A stretch of 63,934 bases of DNA, counting the filler, from Ministeria vibrans ATCC 50519 (taxonomy: Eukaryota; Protista; Filasterea), in assembly GCA_943704425.1 (NCBI GenBank). It is 7 parts of 7 records of this genome, joined end to end, with 100 filler letters (N's around TTAATTAATTAA, not from the genome) between each part and the next. Parts side by side here need not be neighbours in the genome. Positions count along the whole stretch, not along the records: positions 1 to 19,748 come from CALSCP010002720.1; positions 19,849 to 26,844 come from CALSCP010002854.1; positions 26,945 to 53,427 come from CALSCP010001493.1; 4 more parts are not named here. One strand, given 5' to 3'. The position numbers and the translations under genes were made by a program. Positions 19,703 through 31,154 of the stretch are shown piece after piece. A model generated the notes under the pieces. That model was not told where the DNA came from, made no database searches, and saw nothing but the letters and a program-made list of their open reading frames with translations. Each line of letters opens with the position of its first letter. Within the stretch, counting starts at the first letter, position 1.

Positions 19703-20627
19703 ATGTTTGTATTGTGCGTTGTGCCAGTGTGTGTCTGTGCGTCCTGAGNNNNNNNNNNNNNNNNNNNNNNNNNNNNNNNNNNNNNNNNNNNNTTAATTAA
19801 TTAANNNNNNNNNNNNNNNNNNNNNNNNNNNNNNNNNNNNNNNNNNNNGGAGGGCGCCGGTGGACTCGGTGCAGTACAGCGTGCAGCTGCCGAGGAAGCC
19901 CACGGCCTCGTCGACGTGTTAGATGATGATCTCGTCAAAATGAACACGACTTGAAATTTTTTTTATTTTATTTTTTCAATTTTTTTTTTTTTCAATTTTG
20001 AATGTCTAAAGTCGCCCTATCGTCAGTAGGCTACATGAATGAGTGTTGTAGAAGCCTCCGATGAGGGTAAAAGGTACTTTTCTTGCTCCTCAACGAGGTA
20101 CCAGGTCAGAAATCCGATTTTGGTTATAACCGGAGTGGGACAGAGTCCGGCGCACTCCGGGAATCCTTACAATATTAACTGATTTTACTGAAGTGTCTTC
20201 AATGAGTGTCTCCCCTACTGGTCAATCGTGTAAGAGAGACCATGTATGTATAGCTTTCCTTGTCTTATCCATCATCCATGTCTGTCGACGAACTTTCCTC
20301 GTTGCCCTCTCTCTCTAGCAGCCAAGTAGCCCCCTCTGTCGTTCCAACACCTGCATTATTTTATCCCTAACCCTACCCCCAACACCTGCATTATTCTATT
20401 CACCGCAGAGGAAGCTAAACCGTTCATCTTCTGTGGTGTTTTACTGCTTTTTTTTTTTTTTTTCTCGTCTGTTCCGTGCTTTCTCAGGGATCGATTCAAC
20501 GAACCTTTCCTTCCACCATCCATGTATCAATCTTTGCTTCGTTGACGTAGCAGGCCTAATCGTTCTGTTGCGGTTTAGCTTTTTTCTTTTTTCTTTTCTC
20601 TTTAAACATAATTCATCCTCTTCTCAG

Positions 20628-23600
20628 GGATCGCCAGTCTGCGACGGCCCTATCGCCAAGGCCTTGTTCTCGCCCGCTGCGACTACAGCAAACCAGTCTA
20701 CCCGCACACTGCGAATACACCGACGCCCCAGGCCTATCTTAGCAATTTGAAGGGTGCTTTGATTGCTGCTCGCAACACTGCGATTGGCATGCTTCAGAAC
20801 GGATACGACATTGTCTCCGTGCTCGCCGACAAGGCCCTCGCCCCAGACGGATCCCTGCCCTACGGCGATGCGACGTCATTCTTTGGCGAGAAACCCCAGT
20901 TGGCGCCAATGAAGGAGGCAGACGAGCATTTGCGCGCAGCGTTCGCCAAGGACGCGATCATCACCGGTCGCCTCCTCTGGCATGTTGCACCAGAACTCCC
21001 GCGCGTCGACATTGTCACATGCATTGACACATTGGCAAAGGCGAAACCTACCGTCAACGGCCAGGTCAAGGGCCCCGCCGGCACCACCACCGAGCTTACA
21101 GTCTACCTTGTTGGGCACGGCATCAAGGACGCACAGGAGCGCTTCACTCTCGCCTATGATGTGACTCTGGCGCCCTACCTCGCCGGTGTGAAGGTTCTTG
21201 GCGGCTACACCATTTCACAGCTGCTCGAGGATCTCGCGCTCAACACACGCTGGCAGCATCTGCTCATCATTGCGGACGCGTGCAACGCCGGTGCGGCTCT
21301 CAACAACGACTGCTACGTGCCAGAGAAGGCAGAGACGTTCATTGACTCGCATTGGCACTCTGCGTACCACCGTGCGTCGTACCAGTTCATTGGATCGTCG
21401 CTCAACGACACACAGGGACAGTCAGCGGAGGCGTGGCAGGGGACCCTCTTCTCGATGGCAATGGACGGAGTACTCTGGTGCACTGACCCGACCGCGTTTG
21501 CTGGTGGGGCCAGCACACAGCCGTACAACTGGGCGACAGCGAGCTATGTTGGAGATAAGCTGCGCGACAGCATTAACTCAATCATGCAGCAACTCTACCC
21601 TGGTGCCACCGACCTTGCACCTACGTGTGTGCACGGGCGTCTCAACCTCGCTGAGCACGCACCCACGCTCTTCAAGTTGCGCAACCTGGGCCAGTTTCTA
21701 TTTGTCCGTCACAACGCACTGGCACAGTGGCCCTACGAGGAAGTCAACCATCCACCTATTCAGGTGAGTGGAGCGACTTACTGTGAAGGATAGCGCTTCA
21801 GTTCTTAACCACCTTCATAGGGTCTTCATCCGATGGCAGGTGCCACTGCCATTACAACCACCTGCCATGGCAACCAAGTGTCGTACCAATCCGCTGCCGA
21901 TCCCTCCTGGAATCGACAGGTGGATTTTGGCCGCTACGACTCCAGTCGCTTTATCACCATAGTTTTTCCTCAGACGAGTCTGAGCGGCGAAGATCTCATC
22001 GAGCGTGTGAAAAAAAGCTTTGACCTTTGCACCCTCCCTCACCTCCCGTCGGACCTGCGATGGCAAGCGCGAGACGACATCACCTGTACTCTTCTCACGG
22101 ACCTACCTTTTGGCGACTCTGAGCGGCGTTTCGTGCTGCTTGCTGTGTGCACCAGTGATGAATACGAGACTGCTCTTCGCTTTGTCACCAAGGCGTATCA
22201 ACCTGGCCTCGTCCTCGCCTTTTCACCTTCCCCTAACACAGACAGCGTCGACGTCCTCTTTGGGTCGTCCTTCACCCCCTCAACACATCACATGCCTCAG
22301 CCTCTTTCCGCAGAGATGACTGATATTCTCTCCAACGTGCGGCTCACACGCTTCAGTGATCACCAAGCCCTTGCTCATCTGTCGCCCAACGTCCGATGCA
22401 TTGATGTCGCACAAACCCAACCCACCTCTACCGAGCCTCTCTGCATCACTCTCTCTTCAGTGTGGGATATGTTCAAGTTTCTCAACCATCGTCATTCCGA
22501 CTCTCCGATGAGGTCACCGCTCGAAAACTTTCTTGCCAATATCCGTTGGCTCTTATCCTTGCCTGCCGTCACCCCGACATGCACATTGTGCAACATCATT
22601 CCAGCGTGTGTGATCGTTCCTTTTCCTACGGATGTGCTCTTCCGCAATGACGACACAATTCGCGCCGGTCTCTATGCAGCTGCCCCGCTTTTTACGTCCC
22701 CGATGTCTTTGCCACACATCCCTGTGAAGCTAGTGGAGTTCTCGCTGACACTCAACACCGATCTTACAGTTGACGTCACTGAAGTGCAGATGGCGCTGAG
22801 AAACCTTACCTTCCGAAACCTTGCCCACAATGGCGGATTCCTGTACCACGCTGGTACTCGTCCTGGTTGCGTCATTCTTGACTTTATTGGTTCACTGAGC
22901 TACGTCTGGGCCCTACGAGCACACCTTGCCTGCAATGGTGGGTTGCTTGAGGGCATGGAGGTCATGGACATTGTGGTGGTTGGTGCCGGTGAGTGCAAGG
23001 CAATTGAGCACCAGAAAGTTTTCGAAACTCAAATTGGCACCTCAAGTCAGAGCGAAGTACGGGTGACAGAATCTGCTCGTAAGAAACCCAACAGAACCAC
23101 TCGCACCAAACTGTCTTCTGATCACATCTATTCACACGATAGCAACTCGGAGCTCCGTTGACTCATCGATTGATGCGACGCTTGGAGAGCTTCAAACAAT
23201 GAGTATGGGCGTGAGCGTTGGACGAAAAGAAAAAAAAACAGAAAAAATACGCTACAGTTTCGACGTCAAATGCGTCCGTCCCGGCGTGAGTGGAGCAAGC
23301 GAAACAACACTGACGGTGCTTTCAGATGCCGTTGATGTGATAGTGAACCGAGAGGTAAGAGTGAACCATTGCACTTTCGTCTTTTGGAGACGAAAAAGTT
23401 TTTTTTTTCTCAGTTCGAGACGATTCCCATGCGTCAAATCTGGGCCATAGACGGATTGGCTGAAGAGGCCAACCATGGCCGCATCAGTGGTGAGCATATT
23501 TTTGCGATTTGGACGGGATGCAGCTTTCTGCCACCAACCAAGGAACGTCCGCTTTCTGCTCACTACTTCGCGGTGAAGTCTCGTGACGAACGCAGCGAGA

Positions 23601-24266
23601 TCATCCAAACCCTTCGCCACAGTAGGAGCAACTCAATTTCATCGTCAGTACTTGTCGTTTCATTCCTTCTCGTTTGTCTAGAATGGGCCGAATTGTGCGG
23701 TAAAAATCTTTTGAAGAATACCCATGTTGATTTTTTTTGCAACGGAAAGGTACGAAAGAGTACGCCTGGACAAGAATGTCTCACAAAAGTGATGAACACC
23801 GTGCATCCCGCTCACTTGAATGTACCCTTTGCAGTATCGGTGTTGTCACGGCGCGCTTGGCAGTGCAGGGTGCAAGTGGGTCGTGCTTCCGCACGCACAG
23901 ACGTTCACCAAAACCTATTCGCCAGCAGTCGAATTCTCGGTCCGCTACCGCATTCTGAAGACAGGCCGTCTGGATCGCGACGAGGAGGTTGGCACACTCA
24001 CGACGGGAACGCTGGTGATTCGTCCACAGCACAGCGTTGCCCTCTTTGACGCCCGTGATCGCCTCGTGCCCGTCCAAGAAGAAAACCACGCAGCTCTGGG
24101 TGCACTATGGGACTGCACTCCAACGTCTGGCAAGCGCCACACCCACAGCATCACGGGCTTCACTGTGAAGAATGAGAGCGATCCTGAGAATGGTACCGTT
24201 GTGATCACTGTGGGCGTGCCTCCCGAACAACACACCTACAGGGTTTTGGTGAGAATGACAATATAG
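20628..24266 (+). CDS. Caspase-like peptidase C14 fused to an uncharacterised middle region, a PH domain and a BTK-type zinc finger (5' end unresolved)
   Basis: C14 motifs GLVLARCDY, LSNLKGA, VYLVGHG (His), IIADACNAG (Cys) and GTLFSMAM. Introns 21764-21820, 23079-23142, 23355-23413, 23622-23681 and 23750-23834 are all GT-AG and keep frame. PH-like end HYFAVKSRDERSEIIQTLRH is followed by THVDFFCNGK|YRCCHGALGSAGC. Confidence 0.8.
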
Positions 24267-24636
24267 CACTCACACTTGATAAATAAACCACGTTCTCTTG
24301 TAGCACATTCGGCCGGACACTGTGCTCTGTGTCTTCAATGGAGACGAAACAGAAGGGAAGATCCTGGATCAGTCGGTTCATCTTTCAGCGGTAAGTCCCA
24401 ATGATGAAGCAGACAGTTTTTCCATTTCCAAAGGTACTCACAGTCAGGTTTATCGGCCTTTAGGCGGGTGGTACACTGAAAGGTGAAATTCGCGTGATTG
24501 TCGAACCCGGGAAATATGGGGATGTGAGGGAGGGCAGGTACAGGGAGGAGTTGGCGCGACGGGGCTATGATGATGCAGAGCCAAATATTCATGTTGGTGG
24601 CACGCGTGCTGAAGATCGTGTGTCATCTCATGCGCC

Positions 24637-24934
24637 CGCGGCTGCGGCTGCGGCTGCGGCTGCGGCTGCAGGCCGTGCATCCCCGGCAGCACAGGGTCGC
24701 TACGATCAGGCTGAAGGGCGTGCGTCACCTCGTGCGGCTGCTGCTGCGGCTGCGGCTGCAGGCCGTGCATCCCCGGCAGCACAGGGTCGCTACGATCAGG
24801 CTGAAGGGCGTGCATCACCTCGTGCGGCTGCGGCTGCGGCTGCAGGCCGTGCATCCCCGGCAGCACAGGGTCGCTACGATCAGGCTGAAGGGCGTGCGTC
24901 ACCTCGTGCGGCTGCGGCTGCGGCGGCTGCTGCA
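24637..24934. repeat. GC-rich minisatellite, 3 units of about 87-93 bp with variable (GCGGCT)n tracts; open in several frames
   Basis: GGCCGTGCATCCCCGGCAGCACAGGGTCGCTACGATCAGGCTGAAGGGCGTGC occurs three times; coding strand uncertain. Confidence 0.85.
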
Positions 24935-25205
24935 GACGCACCTTCCCGTCCTTCTCATAGCAGTATGGCTGAGGCCCTCGCCTCTGAGAAGAAGTAGAAT
25001 GAAAGCCCCACTATTCTCTATATCCCGGCACAGCTACTGGAGCAAGAAGATCTAGTTGTGTTGTGACTTTGCGAAACAGAAAATGGCGCGCAATGTGACT
25101 CAGTGTGTTTTCAATGTGTATCGAACGGGTCGAGTGGTGGAGTAAACAAAAAAAAAATTGTGTTTTTGAATGAATACTTTTTCTTCTCTGTTTGAAATTT
25201 TGCAA

Positions 25206-25589
25206 ATGAGCGACTCTGACTCAGTACTAGAAACCTCCGACGACATATTTTACCACACTGGACCAAGAGAACTTGTCGACACGGCCACTCTCTTCGCCGA
25301 CGAAGCGAAATTTCTGTCTTCTACCACCGAGCAAGTGTTTCATCCTATGAAGTCACTTGAGCTGCTTCCGCACACTGCGAGTGTTACCAGCAACGGCAAA
25401 ACCATGACCATCAAGATTCAAACAGAGAGGGCCGAGTTTAGCGAGAGCTTTGAACTACCGGACCATGACCGATCGGAAAACATCGAAACACGCGTTTCAC
25501 GTTGCGCACACAAGTGCATTAAGCAGGTTGGATACCAAGATTCTCGTCTGGCTTGCTTCGCACCCCCCCTGCAAATTCATCAATTGTAG
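25206..25589 (+). CDS. Hypothetical intronless protein (about 127 aa)
   Basis: ATG-initiated ORF with protein-like composition (MSDSDSVLETSDDIFYHTGPRELV...); no recognisable motif. Confidence 0.35.
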   Translation: MSDSDSVLETSDDIFYHTGPRELVDTATLFADEAKFLSSTTEQVFHPMKSLELLPHTASVTSNGKTMTIKIQTERAEFSESFELPDHDRSENIETRVSRCAHKCIKQVGYQDSRLACFAPPLQIHQL

Positions 25590-25665
25590 ATCAATAAATA
25601 CACACATTCTCGGGAAATCCCAAATTCAGCCGCTCGATGCACGGTAGCTCGATGCACGGTACGGA

Positions 25666-26530
25666 GTAATCGCCTTCTTTTGATTGTTTTTTGTTGTTTT
25701 TGCGACCACAGGAGAAATCGCCTTTGGCACTTTTTCTGATTTCTCTTATAAGACGTAGATGGGGAAAAAGTGCCAGAGCTAAACATAGACACCCACACAT
25801 TCACGGATAAAAGTCACAAAATTGATCAAAAAATATCCAAACAAGCAGAAAGTAATCGCCTTCTTTTGACTGATTTTTGTTGTTTTTGCGGCCACAGGTT
25901 TGGCACTTTTTCTGATTTCTCTTATAAGACGTAGATGGGGAAAAAGTGCCAGAGCTAAACATAGACACCCANNNNNNNNTTCTTTTGACTGATTTTTGTT
26001 GTTTTTGCGGCCACAGGTTTGGCACTTTTTCTGATTTCTCTTATAAGACGTAGATGGGGAAAAAGTGCCAGAGCTAAACATAGACACCCTCACATTCACG
26101 GATAAAAGTCACAAAATTGATCAAAAAATATCCAAACAAGCAGAAAGTAATCGCCTTCTTTTGATTGTTTTTTGTTGTTTTTGCGACCACAGGAAATCGC
26201 CTTTGGCACTTTTTCTGATTTCTCTTATAAGACGTAGATGGAGAAAAAGTGCCAGAGCTAAACATAGACACCCACACATTCACGGATAAAAGTCACAAAG
26301 TTGATCAAAAAATATCCAAACAAGCAGAAAGTAATCGCCTTCTTTTGATTGTTTTTTGTTGTTTTTGCGACCACAGGAGAAATCGCCTTTGGCACTTTTT
26401 CTGATTTCTCTTATAAGACGTAGATGGAGAAAAAGTGCCAGAGCTAAACATTGACACCCACACATTCACGGATAAAAGTCACAAAGTTGATCAAAAAATA
26501 TCCAAACAAGCAGAAAGTAATCGCCTTCTT
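25666..26530. repeat. Tandem satellite, about 5 units of 176-186 bp, each with an internal inverted repeat
   Basis: GTAATCGCCTTCTT starts at 25666, 25852, 26147, 26331 and 26517 (one more unit is broken by a small gap); each unit has TGGCACTTTTTC...TCTTATAAGA...GAAAAAGTGCCA. Confidence 0.95.
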
Positions 26531-26844
26531 GTGTTCTTCTTTGCATTGTCTTAGGGAGTAAGATTTGTGAATAGTGAGAAATCGTGAGTGACTGATTTGG
26601 ACTGTGTTTTGGACTCTTGTGTTCTTCTTTGCATTGTCTTAGCATGGGTAAGATTTGTCAATAGTGAGAAATCGTGAGTGCCTGATTTAGACTGTGTTTT
26701 GGACTCTTGTGTTCTTCTTTGCATTGTCTTAGCATGTAAGATTTGTCAATAGTGAGAAATCGTGAGTGACTGATTTGGACTGTGTTTTGGACTCTTGTGT
26801 TCTTCTTTTCATTGTCTTAGGGTGTAAGATTTGTCAATAGTGAG
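26529..26844. repeat. Second tandem satellite, about 3.5 units of 88-90 bp, running into a gap
   Basis: GTGTTCTTCTTT starts at 26531, 26619, 26709 and 26797. Confidence 0.95.
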
Positions 26845-26982
26845 NNNNNNNNNNNNNNNNNNNNNNNNNNNNNNNNNNNNNNNNNNNNTTAATTAATTAA
26901 NNNNNNNNNNNNNNNNNNNNNNNNNNNNNNNNNNNNNNNNNNNNGGGGGGGGGGGGGGGGGGGAAGAAAGGAAACCTCTTTT

Positions 26983-29276
26983 TCATTGGGTCGTCTTCTT
27001 AAAAAGACGATTAATGTCGACAACAGAGGCGAGCGACAGCATCGCATGTTGGTAGGCTTTGATGGAGGAGATGGAATAGGTCGCTTCTTCTGGTGTCGCC
27101 GCACGCTTAATCATAAACTGGTTGCGCGCAAAGTCGAGAGCGCACACGACGGCGGGCGGGTCTCGCAGACCCAGAGTGCGTAGTGCTCCCAGCTCGAGGG
27201 TCGGGCGGTGGGCGGGGACCACGTCGCACTCGAACATGGATAGTGTCGGTTGAACTGGGTGAGTAGGTGGCAGTTGCTGCGAGCGTATTTGGCGAACCGT
27301 GTCATCACCGAGACGAAAGGTGAAGCGACGCTCTCGACGACGGATACACACACGCGACGACGGGCCCAACACGGAGAAGCGCGTGTCGTCTGGCACACCG
27401 CCGAAGAGCACGCCCACATTAATGAGGCCCACTCGCTGTCCGTGCACCGTCGTGAAGCGCGACTCGTAATGTCCGGCACGGTTGCTGTACTGCACTCCAT
27501 CGAGTGTGTTCGCCCCACACCGCTCCGCCACCACCACATGCGGCACTGCCGCTCCATACTGGGCGTTCCACACCGCCACACCACCCATAATGCCTCGCGC
27601 ACACTCCAGTCGCTCAGCAAGCGTTCGCTTCCCGTCGCCCAGAATCTCGGCACCCGAGGCAAGGCAGTCGAGTACAGTCCAGACACGCGAGGGGTGCTGC
27701 TGTTGCTGTTGCTGTTTCGATTGTTGTGCATCGCAAGGCAGCACATCAGGGCCCGACGACTCCACCACGAGGAATACCGTCGCGCGGGGCAGCGTTACAC
27801 AGGGCTCGGGGCGCGTGTAAAGCATGCCCTGTTCACGTTGCGACTGCTCCAATGGCACAAAGTACGTCGTGGTCAACGTGTGATCGCCGTGGAAACCCAT
27901 AACGCCCGACACAAGCAGACCCAGACGGCCACGAGGCAACAACAGCGGCTCCGATAACATAGGCGGTTTGCCCTGGTTGTTCACGCTGAGATCGCTGATC
28001 GCAGGCGTGAGGTACACGTTACGCATGGAGAGACGGCACGCGTCGAGCAGAAAGTGCAGCATGGGCCGGAGAGGCTCGGCAAAGCGCCTCTCTAGGCACC
28101 CCTTGTCGTCGGGAATACGCCAACGACGCAACGCCGCAAGTCGCACGGCTGCTTGGTCAACGGGCGGCGCCAGGTTGAGGTCACGATAGTAGCGCGACAG
28201 GTCCTGCAACGCAACCACCTGTCCCTTAATCTGGCGCTCGTTGGTCCGGCGAATGTACTCGGTGAGAGTCGTGGCGCCGCGCACCGCCTCCAACGGCACC
28301 ACCGACACAATATCGCGCACTCGCGCCGACATGGGCAGACTAGAAGGGCGTTCAAGCGAGCGCAGACGGTCTTGGACCGACAAAAGGTACTGCACAACGG
28401 GCGGAGAGCGCACAACAAACCCGCGACAAACAATGTAACGCTCGCTGTTGGCCGGACGCGACTGTACGGGCTTGATGATCGCCACCGAGTCAAAGTGCAG
28501 GTACATCAGGTAAATCATGCTCACGGTAAACTCGGTAAACACGTCAAAGATTTTGCAGACAAACGAACCGCCCTACGACAATATTGAGTGGGAATAAGTC
28601 AGACATTGCGATGAAAGCCTCTTACGGCTCTGAGGGTCGCCAGCGCAGAGAGAAACTGACCCACAAGAATGTGCTTGCTCAGCCACTCTTGACGATTCTC
28701 CTGGCCATCCACCGAGATGCCACCGTCGGCCATAAGCAGCGCAAGGCCACGGTGGCGAGTGCCGCGCGCAACAGACTCGGCAAAGGCACGCACATTGTCG
28801 CTGAAGGTGACATCGCCGTCGTTTTGCGAACCACTGCCGCCAGCAGGACTCTTGTACGGGCGACTGTGCTGTCGTGTATCCACTGATGTTAGATTTGATG
28901 ATTTTGATGCTGGTGCTGGCGATGATGCTGACGGTGGTGCTGCTGCAGCAGACGTTGACTCTCCTGCAGACGAGGCTGTTGCTGCAGCAGATTTTGACTC
29001 TCCTGCAGACGAGGCTGATGTTGGTACTGCCTCTGTGGTGTGGTGTACAGGCAAAACGGGCACATCATTCGGTCCGTACACCCGATAGAAGGTCTCCACG
29101 GGCGTCTCTGTGTTGCCCTTGTTCAGTTTGAAGTCTAAATCACCGGCCAGTGTGAAGCCCCATCCGCGCGCCAGTCCCTTCCGTCGCCAGTACACATACT
29201 CTGTAAACCCACCAGGCCCTAAACCCCAGACACACCAAATGAATCCACAAACCCAGAAAAAAAACCAAATCACACA

Positions 29277-29352
<76 letters not shown>

Positions 29353-30430
29353 TACCAGCACACACATCGGCAAAGTAGAGCACATTGTGCTCCTCCGGCA
29401 ACAGTGGCAAAGATGTCAGATTCAAGTGCGCGTCCAGTTCGGCAATCTTAAGAGCGGCTCGATTCATAAAAATACCCTTGGCAATCGTTTCAAAAGGATT
29501 ACTTTGCGTTCGAGCCTAGAAGAGAGAACAACAAAGAAAAACGAATGAGGTTTGTGTTTGTACTTATTTTGTTCTTTTTTCTCTCCCGCTTCCTCGTACG
29601 TCGACAAAGCGCTTTCGGTCGGTGAGATTGTCAAGGGACGTTTTTGCAGCAAAGACGGCATTGATGCTGTCGGTAGAGCAATAGGGTGAGCCTGTGAGAG
29701 AGATGTCGGGCGACAGGTCTTCGACGACGGGTCCGTGTGAGTAGTCCATCGCCAGCAGGTCGTCGGCCGAGCGCGCCCCCGACACCCACTCGATTTCAAT
29801 CTCAAGGCCCCACTCACGCGCCTCCCATGTCTGTTCTTCTGCCACCACTCCGTCGCCGGTGACACCGAGACCAGCATTGCCAAGGCGCTGCTCAACACGC
29901 AGCGGCGCCGTCATGCCCTGCCCCTGCGCGCCCAGCCCACTGCCACTCGTGTAGTTCATTTTGCGCATCATGTTCAACACCTTGGGATTGACCGCGCCAG
30001 CAACGGCCTCGCCAGGCGCATCCACACCCGCACTCGCCGCCGCTGCCGCCGTCGCCGTCGCGTCTGGCTGTCTCTGCTGCTGTTTGTCGTCGCGCGCCTT
30101 GGCTTCGTCGCGCGTCATTCCAAGACCCATTTTGCGGTAGATCCCGCGCCGTTCGGGTCGCCCGGCGTCCTCCACATCGTCGTAGTCGACATCATTGCCG
30201 TCCTGGCTGTCGGCGGGGGGCGCTGGGAACGTCGGCAGGCTGGAGGGAGTGCCAAACGACGGACGGGTGTCAAAGTCGACGTCGTCATTGTCGTTCTCGT
30301 CGTCAAAGGCACTGCTGCCAACGCTGCCCTCCGCTGCGCCGCGACCAAACGACGTGTATGCTCCTCGCGATCGTTTCAGATCGGGGATGCCAGCGTCGTC
30401 GTGATCATCTTCGAGTTGTCTTTTCGACAT
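26983..30430 (-). CDS. CMTR1: Cap-specific mRNA 2'-O-methyltransferase 1 (G-patch plus FtsJ-like MTase plus degenerate C-terminal domain)
   Basis: G-patch VLNMMRKMNYTSGSGLGAQGQGMTAPL...GLG; MTase motifs MNRAALKIAELD, YFADVCAG|PGGFTEYV, GWGFTL, LMADGGISVDGQENRQE, FVCKIFDVFTEFTV and KPVQSRPANSERYIVC. Confidence 0.95.
29279..29349. repeat. (CA)n microsatellite in a CMTR1 intron
   Basis: Directly visible. Confidence 0.95.
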
Positions 30431-30554
30431 GAGGAATTATTATTACTCGAACGAGATGAGTAATTTGATTCTTCTGATCTCTTCCGCGATCGCATCAACT
30501 CAGAGTGTTCCATTTTTTTATTTATTTTTGCTGAGTGAGACGTGACTCGTGGCA

Positions 30555-31154
30555 ATGAGCGTGCGCATGAGTGTGCGTCTTGCCGCTGTTGCGATCGCAC
30601 TGATCAGTGTCGTTGCAAGTGACGAACCCGCACAGCTCGCCGAGGTCGAAGGCGTGCTGCATCTGAGTGCTGGTGAGCTCAATGGCGTCCGTGGGCGCAT
30701 CTGGATCAACGGCACGCTGGCCGTGACACACGGTACGGTCGCACAAGCGGAATTGGGGTCATTTCATCACTTTGTTTCTTTCTCACTCTCTCTTTCTCGC
30801 AGACCTTTCGACAAACTCGCCTGCAGCCCTTACAGTGGATGGACAGAGTGTGTACAAGACGTATCTGAAAACGAGGAGCGCCATTGCATTGGCACAATTC
30901 GAGATAGCGCGACTGGAAGACGCTCTGGCTCAGCTTGACGGTTGCGACCAGTCATCCTGCTCCATTGGCGACTGTCGTCAGCGCACTCTTACCGACGCCG
31001 TGTGCGCCTGCAGTGTCGGTATCACAGGGAGGTTTTGCGAGACTGTTGTTTCGCCGCCGTAAGCGTGTGTGTCTGTCGTCGTGTAATATGCAAATACAAT
31101 CATCTTAATATCTTAATGTCTTTTATGCATTGTAGTATACTATTACAAGGGTGA
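30555..31154 (+). CDS. Small secreted protein: signal peptide, coiled coil, one EGF-like domain
   Basis: Hydrophobic leader MSVRLAAVAIALISVVAS; ALAQFEIARLEDALAQL helix; EGF pattern CDQSSCSIGDC...CACSVGITGRFCE. The last micro-exon is tentative. Confidence 0.75.

Noticed and set aside
19749-19848. TTAATTAATTAA palindrome inside N-runs (also near 26889, 53472, 58520, 60135 and 62826)
   Set aside because: Identical six-frame-stop linker inserted by scaffolding software; not biological. Adjacency across these gaps is therefore uncertain.
25666-26844. Possible CRISPR-like array
   Set aside because: Units are contiguous near-identical tandem copies without unique spacers, there are no cas genes, and the context is eukaryotic.
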